Of a DNA stretch of 64,000 nucleotides, positions 21,101-31,399 are shown piece after piece. The DNA lies in contig OZ253496.1 of assembly GCA_965262115.1 (NCBI GenBank), forward strand, positions 192,001-256,000, read 5' to 3'. The stretch's first letter is position 1; each line of letters opens with the position of its first letter. Under the pieces are notes generated by a model. The model searched no databases, was not told the origin of the DNA, and saw only the letters and a program-made list of their open reading frames with translations. A program made the position numbers and the translations under genes. This DNA is from Nitrospinales bacterium. GTDB lineage: Bacteria; Nitrospinota; Nitrospinia; Nitrospinales; VA-1.

Positions 21101-22306
21101 TCACTATCGCCGGGCAGTCCACATTGACCGGGGCGGCATCTGCCCACGGGCAGGCCATAGCCGATGGCACGCTGAGTCTGAAGGATGTACTGGGTAACTC
21201 CGACTTTGTACTGCCGCTGGATAATGTGGACGGCATGGGTAGCGGAGTCCTGTCCTCCCTGACTTTCTGGGGCGGGGGCGGCTACCGCAATTTCGAAGGT
21301 TCCAGCGGCGGGGCCGTGGACTTCGACGGCGACCTGTTCAGCGCCCATCTGGGACTGGACGCCCGACCGCGCGACGATCTGCTGATCGGTCTGGCGGCAT
21401 CCTGGAGCCAGAGCGATCTTGACTACAGAGGAGGCCTCGACCTGAACGGCGAGCACAAGCTGGATATTACCAGTATCCATCCCTACGCGAACTGGGAGGC
21501 TCTGACTGGACAACTGGACCTGTGGGTCACTTGCGGGCTACGGTTGGGGTGACCTTGAGATCACCGATGACGGGCAGGGCCGGGCATCGAGCGATGTCGA
21601 GACGCGGACTGTGAGTGTGGGCGGTGATTATCAGTTGCCGCAGACAGGATCGATCACGTTCCATCTCAAGGGTTCAGCCCTGCTGACGGAACTGGAAGTG
21701 GAGGCCAGCCTGTTGCGCATGGTCCTGGAAGGGGCTCATAAACACATGTTGTCTGACGGGGCTTATGTGGAGCCGAGCTTGGAGGCTGGAGTGCGGTATG
21801 ACGGCGGCGATGGCGAGACCGGTTTCGGGGCCGAACTGGGCGCCGGTTTCCGCTACACCGATCCGGTTGCCGGCCTGACCTTGGAAGGCAAAGCTCGCGC
21901 CCTGGTGGGACGGGACAACTATGAGGAATGGGACGTTTCCGGCCTGATTCTCTTGGAGCCGAGCAGAAACGGACGGGGATTGTCGTTCAGCCTGAGTCCC
22001 GGTTACGGCAATACAGACAGCGGCACGCAAAAACTATGGCAGCAGGGACTGCGCGACGAGACCAGCCGGGATTACGGCGCGCGGATGGACGTGCGTCTTG
22101 GTTACGGGCTGACCGCTCCCGGCGGACGAGGACTGCTGACTCCTTACAGTGAGATGACCTTCGGCGGCTATTCCCGGAGTTACCGCCTGGGGATGAGATG
22201 GGAACTTGATGCGTTGTTTGACCTGAACCTGACCGGTGAGCGCAGAGAGAGTAACAGCAATGTTACTGATCACGCCATCATGCTGAAAGGCGATATCCGG
22301 TTTTAA
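18136..22306 (+). pseudogene. Large Ig/PKD/He_PIG-repeat autotransporter, frameshifted at about 21532
   Basis: Signal peptide, repeated ADAGSDQ..VTLDGSGSSDPEG domains, C-terminal barrel ending IRF. One extra T in act-t-gcg-ggc-tac breaks LWVTAGYGWGD; removing it joins the two ORFs. Confidence 0.85.
19201..19970 (+). repeat. Near-identical 203-bp internal direct repeat (19201-19403 and 19768-19970)
   Basis: Both copies encode VTLDGSGSSDPEG.TLDYLWAQSGGMPRVILSD...VLDSVNSAQDT; offset 567 bp. Confidence 0.9.
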
Positions 22307-22314
22307 AGATTGAT

Positions 22315-22437
22315 CCTCCCTTCTCATGAGGGGAGGCAAGGCGTAGCCGCGGAGGGGTGTGGATTGTTTTACGGAATTCATAATCCAACCCTCCCCTGGC
22401 CCCTCCCTATGAAGGGAGAGGAAGTTCCTGCTTTCGC
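22315..22437. repeat. REP-like doublet of about 120 bp, duplicated inside the adjacent MITE
   Basis: ctccc.tctcatgaggggaggcaagg...ccctatgaagggag...ttcctgctttcgc recurs at about 22487-22609. Confidence 0.85.
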
Positions 22438-22451
22438 CTTTTTCTCAAAGA

Positions 22452-22633
22452 GAGACCTTTGCATAACCCCGAGATTCTCATTGACACTCCCCTCTCATGA
22501 GGGGAGGCAAGGCGTAGCCGCGGAGGGGTGTGGATTATTTTTACGGAATTCATAATCCAACCCTCCCCTAACCCCTCCCTATGAAGGGAGGGGAAATTCC
22601 TGCTTTCGCAATGATGACTTATGCAAAGGTCAC
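22452..22633. mobile_element. 182-bp MITE-like element (same IS5-type TIRs, different interior), copy 2
   Basis: GAGACCTTTGCATAA...TTATGCAAAGGTCAC; no TSD seen. Confidence 0.75.
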
Positions 22634-22735
22634 GCGCCTGGGGGTTAGGGGTTGCATCAGTTATTCTGTTTCTTCTCTGCTGTGAGGCTGATAAAATGGT
22701 TAAAGTTTTAATACCACTTTGACCGCTAAAACAAG

Positions 22736-23602
22736 ATGCCGAATAAACCTCTCAGGGCTGCGGATATTGAGTCCCTCATCGTCACCACCCTGGAAGAAGA
22801 CATCCAAAGTGGTGATATCACCACTCGAAATATTATATCCCAGGGGCAACTCCGCGAGGCGGAACTGACTGCCAGAGATGATTTGATCCTATCCGGATTG
22901 GAAATATTTAAGGCCCTGTTCCTGAAACTGGATTCTGGCGCTGTGTTTCTCCTGGAACCTTTCAAGGATGGAGACTCTGTCGCAAAGGGTTCCGAAATCA
23001 TCAAGTTTCGGTGCGACGGCGTCAAGCTGCTGGAGGGGGAGCGGTCTGGATTGAACATTCTGCAATGGTTGAGTGGAATTGCAACGCTGACCCGCAAGTT
23101 TGTCGAAGCGGCACACCCTGTAATCGTTTTGGATACCCGTAAAACCACTCCCGGACTGAGAGTTTTTGAAAAATACGCAGTGCGCTGCGGCGGTGGTTCC
23201 AATCACCGATTCGGATTGTATGATGCGGTAATGATTAAAGACAATCATATAAAATCTGCAGGAAGCATTTCTCAAGCGGTGGAGAAAGTGCGCAGCGCAT
23301 TGGGTCAACAAAATAAAGTTGAAGTCGAAACCCAAAACCTTGATGAGGTTCAAGAAGCTCTGCAGCAGCAGGTCGACATCATCATGCTGGACAATATGGC
23401 TATTGATAGGATCCTGGAAGCTGTGGAACTCATCGATGGCCGGGCAAAAGTTGAAATCAGCGGCGGCGTAAATTTGGAAAGCTTGAACGAGATATCCAGG
23501 ACCGGGGCCGATTTTGTGTCGGTAGGAGCGTTAACGCATTCTGCTCCATCGGTGGATATCAGTATGGATATTATTGCCCCTTTGGGTGAGAAAGCTAAAT
23601 AG
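22736..23602 (+). CDS. nadC: Quinolinate phosphoribosyltransferase
   Basis: DTRKTTPGLR, NHRFGLYD, IKDNH, MLDN, SVGALTHS. Confidence 0.97.
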   Translation: MPNKPLRAADIESLIVTTLEEDIQSGDITTRNIISQGQLREAELTARDDLILSGLEIFKALFLKLDSGAVFLLEPFKDGDSVAKGSEIIKFRCDGVKLLEGERSGLNILQWLSGIATLTRKFVEAAHPVIVLDTRKTTPGLRVFEKYAVRCGGGSNHRFGLYDAVMIKDNHIKSAGSISQAVEKVRSALGQQNKVEVETQNLDEVQEALQQQVDIIMLDNMAIDRILEAVELIDGRAKVEISGGVNLESLNEISRTGADFVSVGALTHSAPSVDISMDIIAPLGEKAK

Positions 23603-23665
23603 AATGCCGTCTGTTGGTGTTAATATGAATCTCGTCACCACTTTGGACGAGGAGGCTAATTAGAG

Positions 23666-24088
23666 ATGCCTTGCAAAGATACAACATCCCGGATAACGGT
23701 CATCCTTGATGAAAATGACTGCCTGGTCAATTTTGATTTTTCAAAATTAACCTGCCAGAAACCCGTCGGAGGGGGAACCGGTTTTGTGGAATTTTGCTAC
23801 GGTAAACACGTTGATGAAGTGATCAGCTTGGAGTTCAGTGATTTGGTTGGGGATCTAGGGCTGACCGATTCGGAAGAACAATTTTTATTGTATTTGGAAT
23901 GGGATGCTTTGGGAGCCGCTCTCAATCAATATCAGGGCAGTGCGCACGAAGTGGATCGGGACCGATATCAAATCGCCACCATTGCCTATGAATCCGATCA
24001 GGTGGAAATCCGGCAAATGGTAGCACCGCCGGAAGAAATGCCGAAGCTTATACCCTGTAGAAAACGAGCCGGAGAGAAAACTCCCTAA
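23666..24088 (+). CDS. Hypothetical acidic protein with several Cys
   Basis: 140-aa ORF with RBS gaggagg. Confidence 0.65.
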   Translation: MPCKDTTSRITVILDENDCLVNFDFSKLTCQKPVGGGTGFVEFCYGKHVDEVISLEFSDLVGDLGLTDSEEQFLLYLEWDALGAALNQYQGSAHEVDRDRYQIATIAYESDQVEIRQMVAPPEEMPKLIPCRKRAGEKTP

Positions 24089-24510
24089 TCATCCGGGTAA
24101 AGCCGAACCAGGCGAACATATCCCTGGGAATAGTCCTGATCGAATTGTTGCGCGTTGCCTGACGAATAGGAAAAATAGAACGCCGCCTGCTGGTCAAAGG
24201 GCAAACACCAAGACGCATTTCCTCCACCTGTTGCAAATAACGGGTGGAGGTGAATTTCGCTGTTGGACCTGGCCATAATGGTGCTATCCGAAATAAAAAT
24301 CTTTTCGATTTCTTCCCTTTCTGGAATACGCCAGTCGTGGTACCCGAGATAATCTTTCTTGTTCATTTCATCGACAAATGCAAGCGCTTCCTGGAAAGTC
24401 AACCAATCCTGCGCCACCGGCCAGGAGTCCTCTTTGGACCACACCAAACCGGAATCATGGTCTAACAGGGTTCCATCCCCTTTATCTTCAAACCTGCTGG
24501 TTTCATTCAT
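24085..24510 (-). CDS. DUF1566 (Lcl C-terminal) domain protein
   Basis: RFEDKGDGTLLDHDSGLVW, GYHDWRIP, YVRLVR. Confidence 0.85.
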   Translation of the reverse strand: MNETSRFEDKGDGTLLDHDSGLVWSKEDSWPVAQDWLTFQEALAFVDEMNKKDYLGYHDWRIPEREEIEKIFISDSTIMARSNSEIHLHPLFATGGGNASWCLPFDQQAAFYFSYSSGNAQQFDQDYSQGYVRLVRLYPDD

Positions 24511-24822
24511 TTGCAAAAACTCCAAAAATTCACGGACCCGTGAACATCATAAAAGATGAAAGTTAAGGGCACCTTTAAAAATCGCATTTGGCTATGAGCG
24601 GCCCTTATTTTATAGGGGCACGCGAATGGCCTGCAAGTAAAACTTTGAATTATTAGAGACCCGCTAAAAATATTAACGCAGCTGAATTGTTCTGTGAAGC
24701 CTTATTTTGATAGAAACCAGGAGCTGATTAAATTGCTGCTAGAAATCCCAGCCTTAATTTGATACAACCCGTTGATTGCCTGTAGCAGGTGGTTGTTTTA
24801 ATATAACTGAATTTGGGATCTG

Positions 24823-25371
24823 ATGAGTAATAAAACCAATCTAATAGTTTTGTCGATATTTATTTTACTTTCGGCGCCGGGTGTTGCTTTTGGGCAAATG
24901 TCCTGCGGAGAGAAAATTCCCGCCTTGGGGATTTTTGAACAGATTTCCCAATATGCGTTATGGCTGGCTTTGGCCCTCATGATTCCGGGTATTCTTTTCG
25001 ATCACAAATTCTGGAAGAAAGCCTTACTGATATTGGCAGTGCTTCCTTTTGCAGGTTGGGCCTATGTTAATTTTTTTGTGGACTACAACAGCCTGAAAAA
25101 AGAAATCTTCAACTACAATGCCATGGCCGAGGCCACACTGGCTAATATTGCCGAAGCCCAGGATAGATATAAATCAGAACAGGGAACCTATATCGGTGAT
25201 CTTAGAAAAATTTATTCCCATATCGGCGGAGCAGGGGGCATGAACGAGTGCGTCAAAATATTAAATGTGCAGGCGGGGTTTGATCATTGGCGCGCCGAGG
25301 CAGGGCATGTGTCGAGCCCGGACACTGTGATTTGGGACAGCCGGGCAGGAACCTCAATGAAGAAAGGTTGA
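24823..25371 (+). CDS. Membrane protein with a pilin-like C-terminal domain
   Basis: Signal peptide plus 2 TM segments, then AEATLANIAEAQDRYKSEQGTY. Confidence 0.6.
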   Translation: MSNKTNLIVLSIFILLSAPGVAFGQMSCGEKIPALGIFEQISQYALWLALALMIPGILFDHKFWKKALLILAVLPFAGWAYVNFFVDYNSLKKEIFNYNAMAEATLANIAEAQDRYKSEQGTYIGDLRKIYSHIGGAGGMNECVKILNVQAGFDHWRAEAGHVSSPDTVIWDSRAGTSMKKG

Positions 25372-25431
25372 AAAATCAGTTATTATAGACCCGTCAAACC
25401 TTCATCTAAATATTAGAACGTAAGGATAAAT

Positions 25432-25974
25432 ATGAGTTCAGAGGAATTGAATCAGGACGAGTTGGATCAGGATGCTTTGAATAAAGAGATGATCCTGGAG
25501 ATATTTTATAATACCAAAGGAAATATTGATGATATCAACGCGGCCATAGATGCCAGGCTGTTTGGTACCCAAACCCGGAGCATCACATTATTTGAGAAAT
25601 TTGTGCGGGCTCGTTTATCCCTCAACCCAAAGGTTCTTCGGTTGGTTGAACTGGAGTTAACGTGGTTTGAAGCCGTTTATTTGAGTCAATATCTGGGTTT
25701 GGAAAATGTCGAGGATCTGGATTTAAGAAAAAATCAATTGGGGGATGAGGGGTTGGATGCTCTGTTGTCATCTGAAAAGCTAGGTAATATCCGAAAACTG
25801 GATTTGAGAAACAATCAAATCACCCGCAAAGGAATGGAAATTCTGGCGAAGTCGGAAAAACTGGGGAAGTTGGAAGCACTGGATCTGAGGTCAAACAGGC
25901 TTGGAAAGGCCTGGGAGAGTAAGCTTAAATTAACTGGAGGATTTCCAAACCTCTCTTCGTTGAAAATAGCTTGA
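25432..25974 (+). CDS. Leucine-rich-repeat protein
   Basis: LDLRKNQLG, LDLRNNQIT, LDLRSNRLG. Confidence 0.85.
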   Translation: MSSEELNQDELDQDALNKEMILEIFYNTKGNIDDINAAIDARLFGTQTRSITLFEKFVRARLSLNPKVLRLVELELTWFEAVYLSQYLGLENVEDLDLRKNQLGDEGLDALLSSEKLGNIRKLDLRNNQITRKGMEILAKSEKLGKLEALDLRSNRLGKAWESKLKLTGGFPNLSSLKIA

Positions 25975-26165
25975 GCCAATAGGCGCCCGGTTTGTTCAAA
26001 AAACTTTATAGAATCAGGTGGTTTTTGTTTTCCCTGATTTTTTGAGCTATTTTGTCGGCAATTTCATTAGCTTTCACCTCGTAAGAACCATTTTTCAAGA
26101 TATCGCGGAACTTGTAGGAAGTCCTAAGCCAGGACTCATGTTTAACCAGAATTATCAGGGATATA

Positions 26166-26378
26166 ATGATGCGAAAAGTTTTGAAAGTAGAGGGAATGAC
26201 TTGCCAGCATTGTGTGCAAACCGTGAGTGAAGCAGTGACTAAGATGGCAGGCATCCAAAAGGTAGAGGCCAGCCTGGAAGAGAAAGAAGTGATTGTGGAC
26301 TTTGATGAATCACAAACTAAAACGGAAGATATATCTGCTCAGATCGTCGAGGCGGGGTTTGAAGTTATCACAAATTAG
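26166..26378 (+). CDS. copZ: Copper chaperone CopZ (HMA domain)
   Basis: GMTCQHC, EAGF. Confidence 0.88.
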   Translation: MMRKVLKVEGMTCQHCVQTVSEAVTKMAGIQKVEASLEEKEVIVDFDESQTKTEDISAQIVEAGFEVITN

Positions 26379-26498
26379 CAGCCACTCCCGTGGGCGGAGT
26401 GCCTCCTCCGGTAATGATAAATGCCTCCTCATGCCGAGATAACTCTTTGTTCGCCGAAAGAGTTATTGCAAGGGGTGAATTGTGAGGGGTAGGGTGAC

Positions 26499-27668
26499 TC
26501 AGGAACTCATTTTTCCGATCTTGATTCGGAGCGTCTTTTCCTGTCCGTCCCTGAATATTTTTACGGCAACCATTTTGCCAATAGCTGTATCGGCAACCAG
26601 CTTTTGCAAATATTTCAAGCTGGAAATGGTTTTGCCATCGAACTGGATGATAATATCGCCCTGACGCATCCCCCCTGACTGGGCGGGGGTTTTGTTTGCG
26701 ATACTGTTGACCAGAACCCAGACATCCGGAATATTCAAGCGGAAAGTAGCTGCCAGTTCAGGAGTCAAATCCTGAATTCCGACTCCCAACCAGCCTCTCT
26801 CGACGGATCCATTTTGGATCAGTTGGTTTGCCACTTTCAGCGCCATTTCTACAGGGATAGCAAAACTCACTCCGGCGCCGATCGCCGCTACAGCCGTATT
26901 GATACCTACAATTTGTCCATCCAGATTAATCAATGGGCCTCCGCTGTTGCCCGGATTGATCGAAGCATCGGTCTGGATAAAGCTTTCAAAGTGGCTGATG
27001 CCCAGGTCTGTACGGCCCGTTCCACTGATTACGCCTACGGTGACGGTGCCTTCCAGCCCATAGGGATTTCCAATAGCCATTACCCATTCACCGGCCCTCA
27101 AGGTCTTGGACTGTCCAAATTCCGGTTCCGGGAGCCGCCGCAGGGTAGAAATTTTCAAGGTTGCAAGGTCAGTATAGGTGTCATAGCCGATGACCTTGGC
27201 AAAATATTCTTTTCCATCAGATAATTTGATCAGGATCCTATCGAGTTTTTCAATAACATGAAAATTGGTCAAAATATAGCCGTTGAAATCCAGAATAATG
27301 CCCGATCCTACACTTTCAACGCGATATTTTCGGCCCTTCAGGTTTTGAGCGAACCAGTTTCTGATCGGGGCATACCAGGGCGCTGAGCCGTGCGGCTCAT
27401 ACCATGATGATTTTTCCACCAACTCCTTGACCTTATTCACACTGACTACAGAAGGCTTAATTTTTTTTGCATTGCGTATGAACGCGTTTTGCAAATCCAG
27501 CAGGTTTTTATAGTCCTGACTATCTTCCAGACTACCGGGAATGACCTTCTTCGGATAGGAGGGGGTATAACTGTCCAGAAATAAACTTGTGTTAATAAAC
27601 ACAAAAGCAAGAATCAAGCAACCCCATGCAAGATTTCGAAAACGATGAGTGGGTTTTGAGTCAGGCAT
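26499..27668 (-). CDS. DegP/HtrA-family serine protease with PDZ
   Basis: LTNFHV, QTDASINPGNSGGPL, RGWLGV. Confidence 0.93.
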   Translation of the reverse strand: MPDSKPTHRFRNLAWGCLILAFVFINTSLFLDSYTPSYPKKVIPGSLEDSQDYKNLLDLQNAFIRNAKKIKPSVVSVNKVKELVEKSSWYEPHGSAPWYAPIRNWFAQNLKGRKYRVESVGSGIILDFNGYILTNFHVIEKLDRILIKLSDGKEYFAKVIGYDTYTDLATLKISTLRRLPEPEFGQSKTLRAGEWVMAIGNPYGLEGTVTVGVISGTGRTDLGISHFESFIQTDASINPGNSGGPLINLDGQIVGINTAVAAIGAGVSFAIPVEMALKVANQLIQNGSVERGWLGVGIQDLTPELAATFRLNIPDVWVLVNSIANKTPAQSGGMRQGDIIIQFDGKTISSLKYLQKLVADTAIGKMVAVKIFRDGQEKTLRIKIGKMSS

Positions 27669-28401
27669 GTTTGGATCCGGTATAGATGGTTGTGATTCCG
27701 AAAGTCAATTCCTTGAAACTGACTGACCCGAATCCGGCTTCTTTCAGGATAGAAGCAAATGCCTCACCCTTTGGAAAAGCCCCCACCGAATCGGGCAGAT
27801 AAGAATATGCGTTCCTGTGGCCGGAAATTAAGCGTCCCATAACAGGTAAAATCATCTCAAAATATAAACGATAAAGCCATTGCAAAAATCCATTCCGGGG
27901 AAAGGAGAATTCCAGAATCACTATTTTACCGTTGGGTTTTAAAACCCGGTGAATCTCACGAATTGCATGATCTATATTGGAGAAATTCCTGGCTCCAAAG
28001 GCAGAGATTGCGCCATCAAAGCTATCGCTTTTCAGGGGCAGGCTTTCAGCCGCCCCTGGAAATAATTGAACAGACGATTGCATGTTTCTGGCGTTCACCT
28101 TGTTTTTTCCCAGTTCGAGCATGGCGGCGCTGAAATCGACACCAATAACCCGGGCCTTGCCCCGAAGAGCCAACTCCAGAGCAAGGTCAGCGGTCCCCGT
28201 TGCGACATCAAGGAAAAGCCGGTTCGCCACAGGTTCCAGTTCATCGACCGCTGTTTTTCGCCAGTACCTGTCGCGACCTGAGCTCAAGAGTCCGTTGATA
28301 AAATCGTATCTCGGCGCAACGGCGTTGAACATAGCCTGAATTGGATTTATCCTGTCAGCCGGAACACTAAGTTTAACTTGAGAAGGTGCCATGTCCAACA
28401 T
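27661..28401 (-). CDS. ubiE: UbiE/MenG C-methyltransferase
   Basis: RYDFIN, LDVATGTAD, RVLKPNG, AYSYLPDSV. Confidence 0.9.
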   Translation of the reverse strand: MLDMAPSQVKLSVPADRINPIQAMFNAVAPRYDFINGLLSSGRDRYWRKTAVDELEPVANRLFLDVATGTADLALELALRGKARVIGVDFSAAMLELGKNKVNARNMQSSVQLFPGAAESLPLKSDSFDGAISAFGARNFSNIDHAIREIHRVLKPNGKIVILEFSFPRNGFLQWLYRLYFEMILPVMGRLISGHRNAYSYLPDSVGAFPKGEAFASILKEAGFGSVSFKELTFGITTIYTGSKHA

Positions 28402-28540
28402 ATTGATTTATATAGAAGATAGAACCAGCAGTTTAGCATCAGTGGCTATAGGGCACAAGAAAGACTTGCGCTGACAATAGGAGAAACTGTTATAGAATCC
28501 CTTTATAAAGAATCAATAATATTTTTAATGGAGTTTCGTT

Positions 28541-29092
28541 ATGAAAACGGTTTTGGTTCCTCTGGCAACCAGGCTTTGAGGAGATTGAAACGATCACCAT
28601 TGTTGATATCCTGAGACGGGCAGGGGCCAAAGTAACCCTCGCGGGAACGAAGGAAGGTCCTCTTGAAGGTTCGAGGGGTATCCATGTTCTGCCGGATGAA
28701 CAACTCGATAATATCCTGGAAAATGACTTTGATCTGATTGTTTTGCCGGGAGGGCAACCCGGAACGGACAATCTTAAAAATGATGCCCGAGTCACCCAAC
28801 TACTAAAAAAGATGGACGGGCTCAATAAAAATATTGCCGCAATCTGCGCTGCTCCATTAGTTCTAAAGAATGCGGGAATTCTGGAAAATCGCTGTGTATA
28901 ACCAGTCATCCCTCTGTTCAAAACGACCTGCAGGGCATCACTTATAAGGAAGACAGGGTGGTTGTGGATGGACATATCGTCACCAGCAAATCTCCCGGCA
29001 CGGCCATGGAATTTTCCTTCAAACTCGTTGAAATTATTTTTGGCAGCGAACGTAGAGACGTGGTGAATAAAGGAGTTTTGGCAAAGATCTAG
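28541..29092 (+). pseudogene. DJ-1/PfpI (YajL-like) protein with two frameshifts
   Basis: MKTVLVPLA(+1)PGFEEIET...LPGGQPG...AAICAAP...NRC(+2)ITSHPS...IVTSKSPGTAMEF; not in the ORF track. Confidence 0.85.
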
Positions 29093-29207
29093 CACCCTCG
29101 CAAGTGTAGGAATTTTTTGAAACTATTTTGCCAAATCCCCATCCAAGTAGGTGAGAAAATAGTACGTAACCCTTTAGATACTTGTAGTTTGATCGAGGCT
29201 GAACCCG

Positions 29208-29426
29208 ATGAACATTTCCTACAGTCAGCTTTTAGTCAGTAAAATGCGGATGAAACGCCGGGTGAAGAAAAAAGTGGGAACTAAAAGCCGTTGCAATCAT
29301 TGTAGTGGCGCGTTCAGGGGATCTGATGAAATTGAGACCTGCCTGATGTGCGGTCGAGAAAAAGGCCATGTTTGCTCAAATTGTTTATATGCCCCCGACG
29401 AAAAGCAGGAAAAAAAGCGATCCTGA
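29208..29426 (+). CDS. Small basic Cys-rich (Zn-finger-like) protein
   Basis: CNHC, CLMC, CSNC. Confidence 0.6.
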   Translation: MNISYSQLLVSKMRMKRRVKKKVGTKSRCNHCSGAFRGSDEIETCLMCGREKGHVCSNCLYAPDEKQEKKRS

Positions 29427-29433
29427 AAATCCT

Positions 29434-30303
29434 CTACGGCTCAAGGTTCATACAGCCGGTGAAGACCGACTGGCATTGCCCACCCACACGAATTTTTTGA
29501 ATTTCCTGTTTTGACACCTCCACATAGATCAATGAAGGACGTTGCATTTCATATCCCTGCTCAATGACCATAGTGATCTTCTCGTTATTATCTAGACTTG
29601 CCCAATAAGCGCCCATGGCCCCCGCTACACTTCCTGTCGCCGGGTCTTCTGGAATGCCACACCCCGGAGCAAAGGCGCGGACATGAACCGTGTTTTTCGC
29701 ATTGAGAGTTTCCCGGCAGAAGGGATAAATCATATCGATTCCCAGTGCTTCTAATACCTCATTTAAAATCTGGATATTAATATTTATACATTTGATTTTA
29801 TTGATAGAAATGATCGGAACTATCAGGGCTGGAAAGCCCGTTGAGACGACTTGTACTGGAAACTTTTTGTCCAAGTCGTTGAGAGTAAGGCCTAGTGTCT
29901 GGGCAATTTTCTCGGATCGATCCAGTTCATGCAGGGTTTTGGCTGGCGGGTGTTGCATGAAACTCTTGTCCTTTTCCTCCCATACAGAAATTATTCCAGC
30001 CTTGAACTTTAATCGAAGTGGATTTGCAGTCACCGCGCCGTTCTTTCTCAGAACGAATGCGGTGCCGAGGGTAGGGTGGCCGGCAAAGGGAATTTCCCGT
30101 GTCGGGGTAAAGATGCGCACGTCGAAGTCCGCCTCATCCGTCGAAGGAGGATAAACAAAAGTGGTCTCGGACAAATTCATCTCCCGCGCCACTTTTTGCA
30201 AATCCTCTTCCTTAAAGTTCTGGCAGTCGGTGAAAACAGCTAAAGGATTGCCACCAAAAATGTGGTCGGTAAAAACATCGACCTGATAAAAAGGGATTTC
30301 CAC
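29434..30303 (-). CDS. PhzF-family isomerase
   Basis: FGGNPLAV, EMNLSETTF, EIPFAGHPT, EDPATGS. Confidence 0.93.
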   Translation of the reverse strand: MEIPFYQVDVFTDHIFGGNPLAVFTDCQNFKEEDLQKVAREMNLSETTFVYPPSTDEADFDVRIFTPTREIPFAGHPTLGTAFVLRKNGAVTANPLRLKFKAGIISVWEEKDKSFMQHPPAKTLHELDRSEKIAQTLGLTLNDLDKKFPVQVVSTGFPALIVPIISINKIKCININIQILNEVLEALGIDMIYPFCRETLNAKNTVHVRAFAPGCGIPEDPATGSVAGAMGAYWASLDNNEKITMVIEQGYEMQRPSLIYVEVSKQEIQKIRVGGQCQSVFTGCMNLEP

Positions 30304-30375
30304 TTCGTTTGCCTGCGGAGACTCTCCGCTTCAAGAAAGGTTTTTATTGATCCAGGATTTCAACACATACAGCGC

Positions 30376-30597
30376 CTAGGGCCTCGGCCATGAAACCCGG
30401 CCGGAAAGAAAATCACTCCACACTTTTTCCACCGCCTGTTGGGTTACCAGACCTTCGAGTTGTTGTAGCGGGGATAATAACACGGACTCGATCTCAGGCC
30501 GCAGGGTACCGCGCATCCATATCTCGAAGGGGAAGGTGAATCCCATCTTCTTTCGGCACCAGACATTTTCCGGTAGCAAGGATTTCATCGGGGCCAT
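30376..30597 (-). pseudogene. Asparagine synthase (AsnB-like) C-terminal fragment
   Basis: LLPENVWCRKKMGFTFPFEIWMRG; the rest of the gene is absent. Confidence 0.65.
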
Positions 30598-30802
30598 GAG
30601 TGTTTCCGATGTTGTGACCGGAACTCATCTTAGTTGAGCAAGTTTATGAAGTTGTGCGTGCGAGAATTTTAAAAAGCAGGTGTATTAATTGTGGTAACTT
30701 TGATATTTCAGGAAATAATTAGATTCCTATAACATACCAAATTTCTTGAGGATTAAGGGTTTATCGCCCGTCTACCCCTTCGGAGCACGAAAGTTGTGAA
30801 TG

Positions 30803-30946
30803 ATGTCTAATAAAAACGGGAATGTTAAATGGCCTCATTTCATAACGACCATTATCGGCTTGATACTAATTATAATCACCTACAGCGTATCAAAATCGGA
30901 GTTTTCCCAGTTTGAAAAACGACTTGATGAAAACATGGCCCGATAA
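30803..30946 (+). CDS. Putative 47-aa single-TM protein
   Basis: MSNKNGNVKWPHFITTIIGLILIIITYSVSKSEFSQFEKRLDENMAR; below the ORF-track size cutoff. Confidence 0.35.
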   Translation: MSNKNGNVKWPHFITTIIGLILIIITYSVSKSEFSQFEKRLDENMAR

Positions 30947-31399
30947 AATGCCTTTCAGTCGGTTGGTTGATTAGTGAAACCCGCAAAATGAAAGCCTTAG
31001 CCCCTAATATTGGTAATGTTGCCGCAACAAACCATCAAGCCTGTAGCATATTCAAATCCCAAAACGAAGCATTCTAGGCCAGACCAAGCTGAAAGAAGTG
31101 TGATGAAATTAATTACTAAATCTTTCTACTAATTCCTTTGCGATTTCTTCTGCCGCCTCATTGACATTTTGGGACATAACATTATGAGCGATAGAGCCAT
31201 ACCCCACCCCACCCGGCTTGCCAGGAAACACCTGCCAATAATTCTCCTGTATATGTGCTGGATAATCTAGCACTTACAGAACTTGGTTTACCATCAGTCA
31301 TTAAAACTGACTTAACAGTTAAGTAACCATCAATATCAGAATCCTTTAAAATCCTAAGATTTTTTCTTCCTAAAAACTTCAAATCTGCTAGGCTGCCTC

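Noticed and set aside
22315..22633. CRISPR array
   Set aside because: Only two long palindromic units, no spacers, no cas genes.
28490..29095. 201-aa minus-strand ORF
   Set aside because: Antisense shadow of the frameshifted DJ-1 gene.
31165..31190. Second dif-like site (gggacataacattatgag)
   Set aside because: Spacing and the XerD arm do not fit the 11-6-11 pattern.
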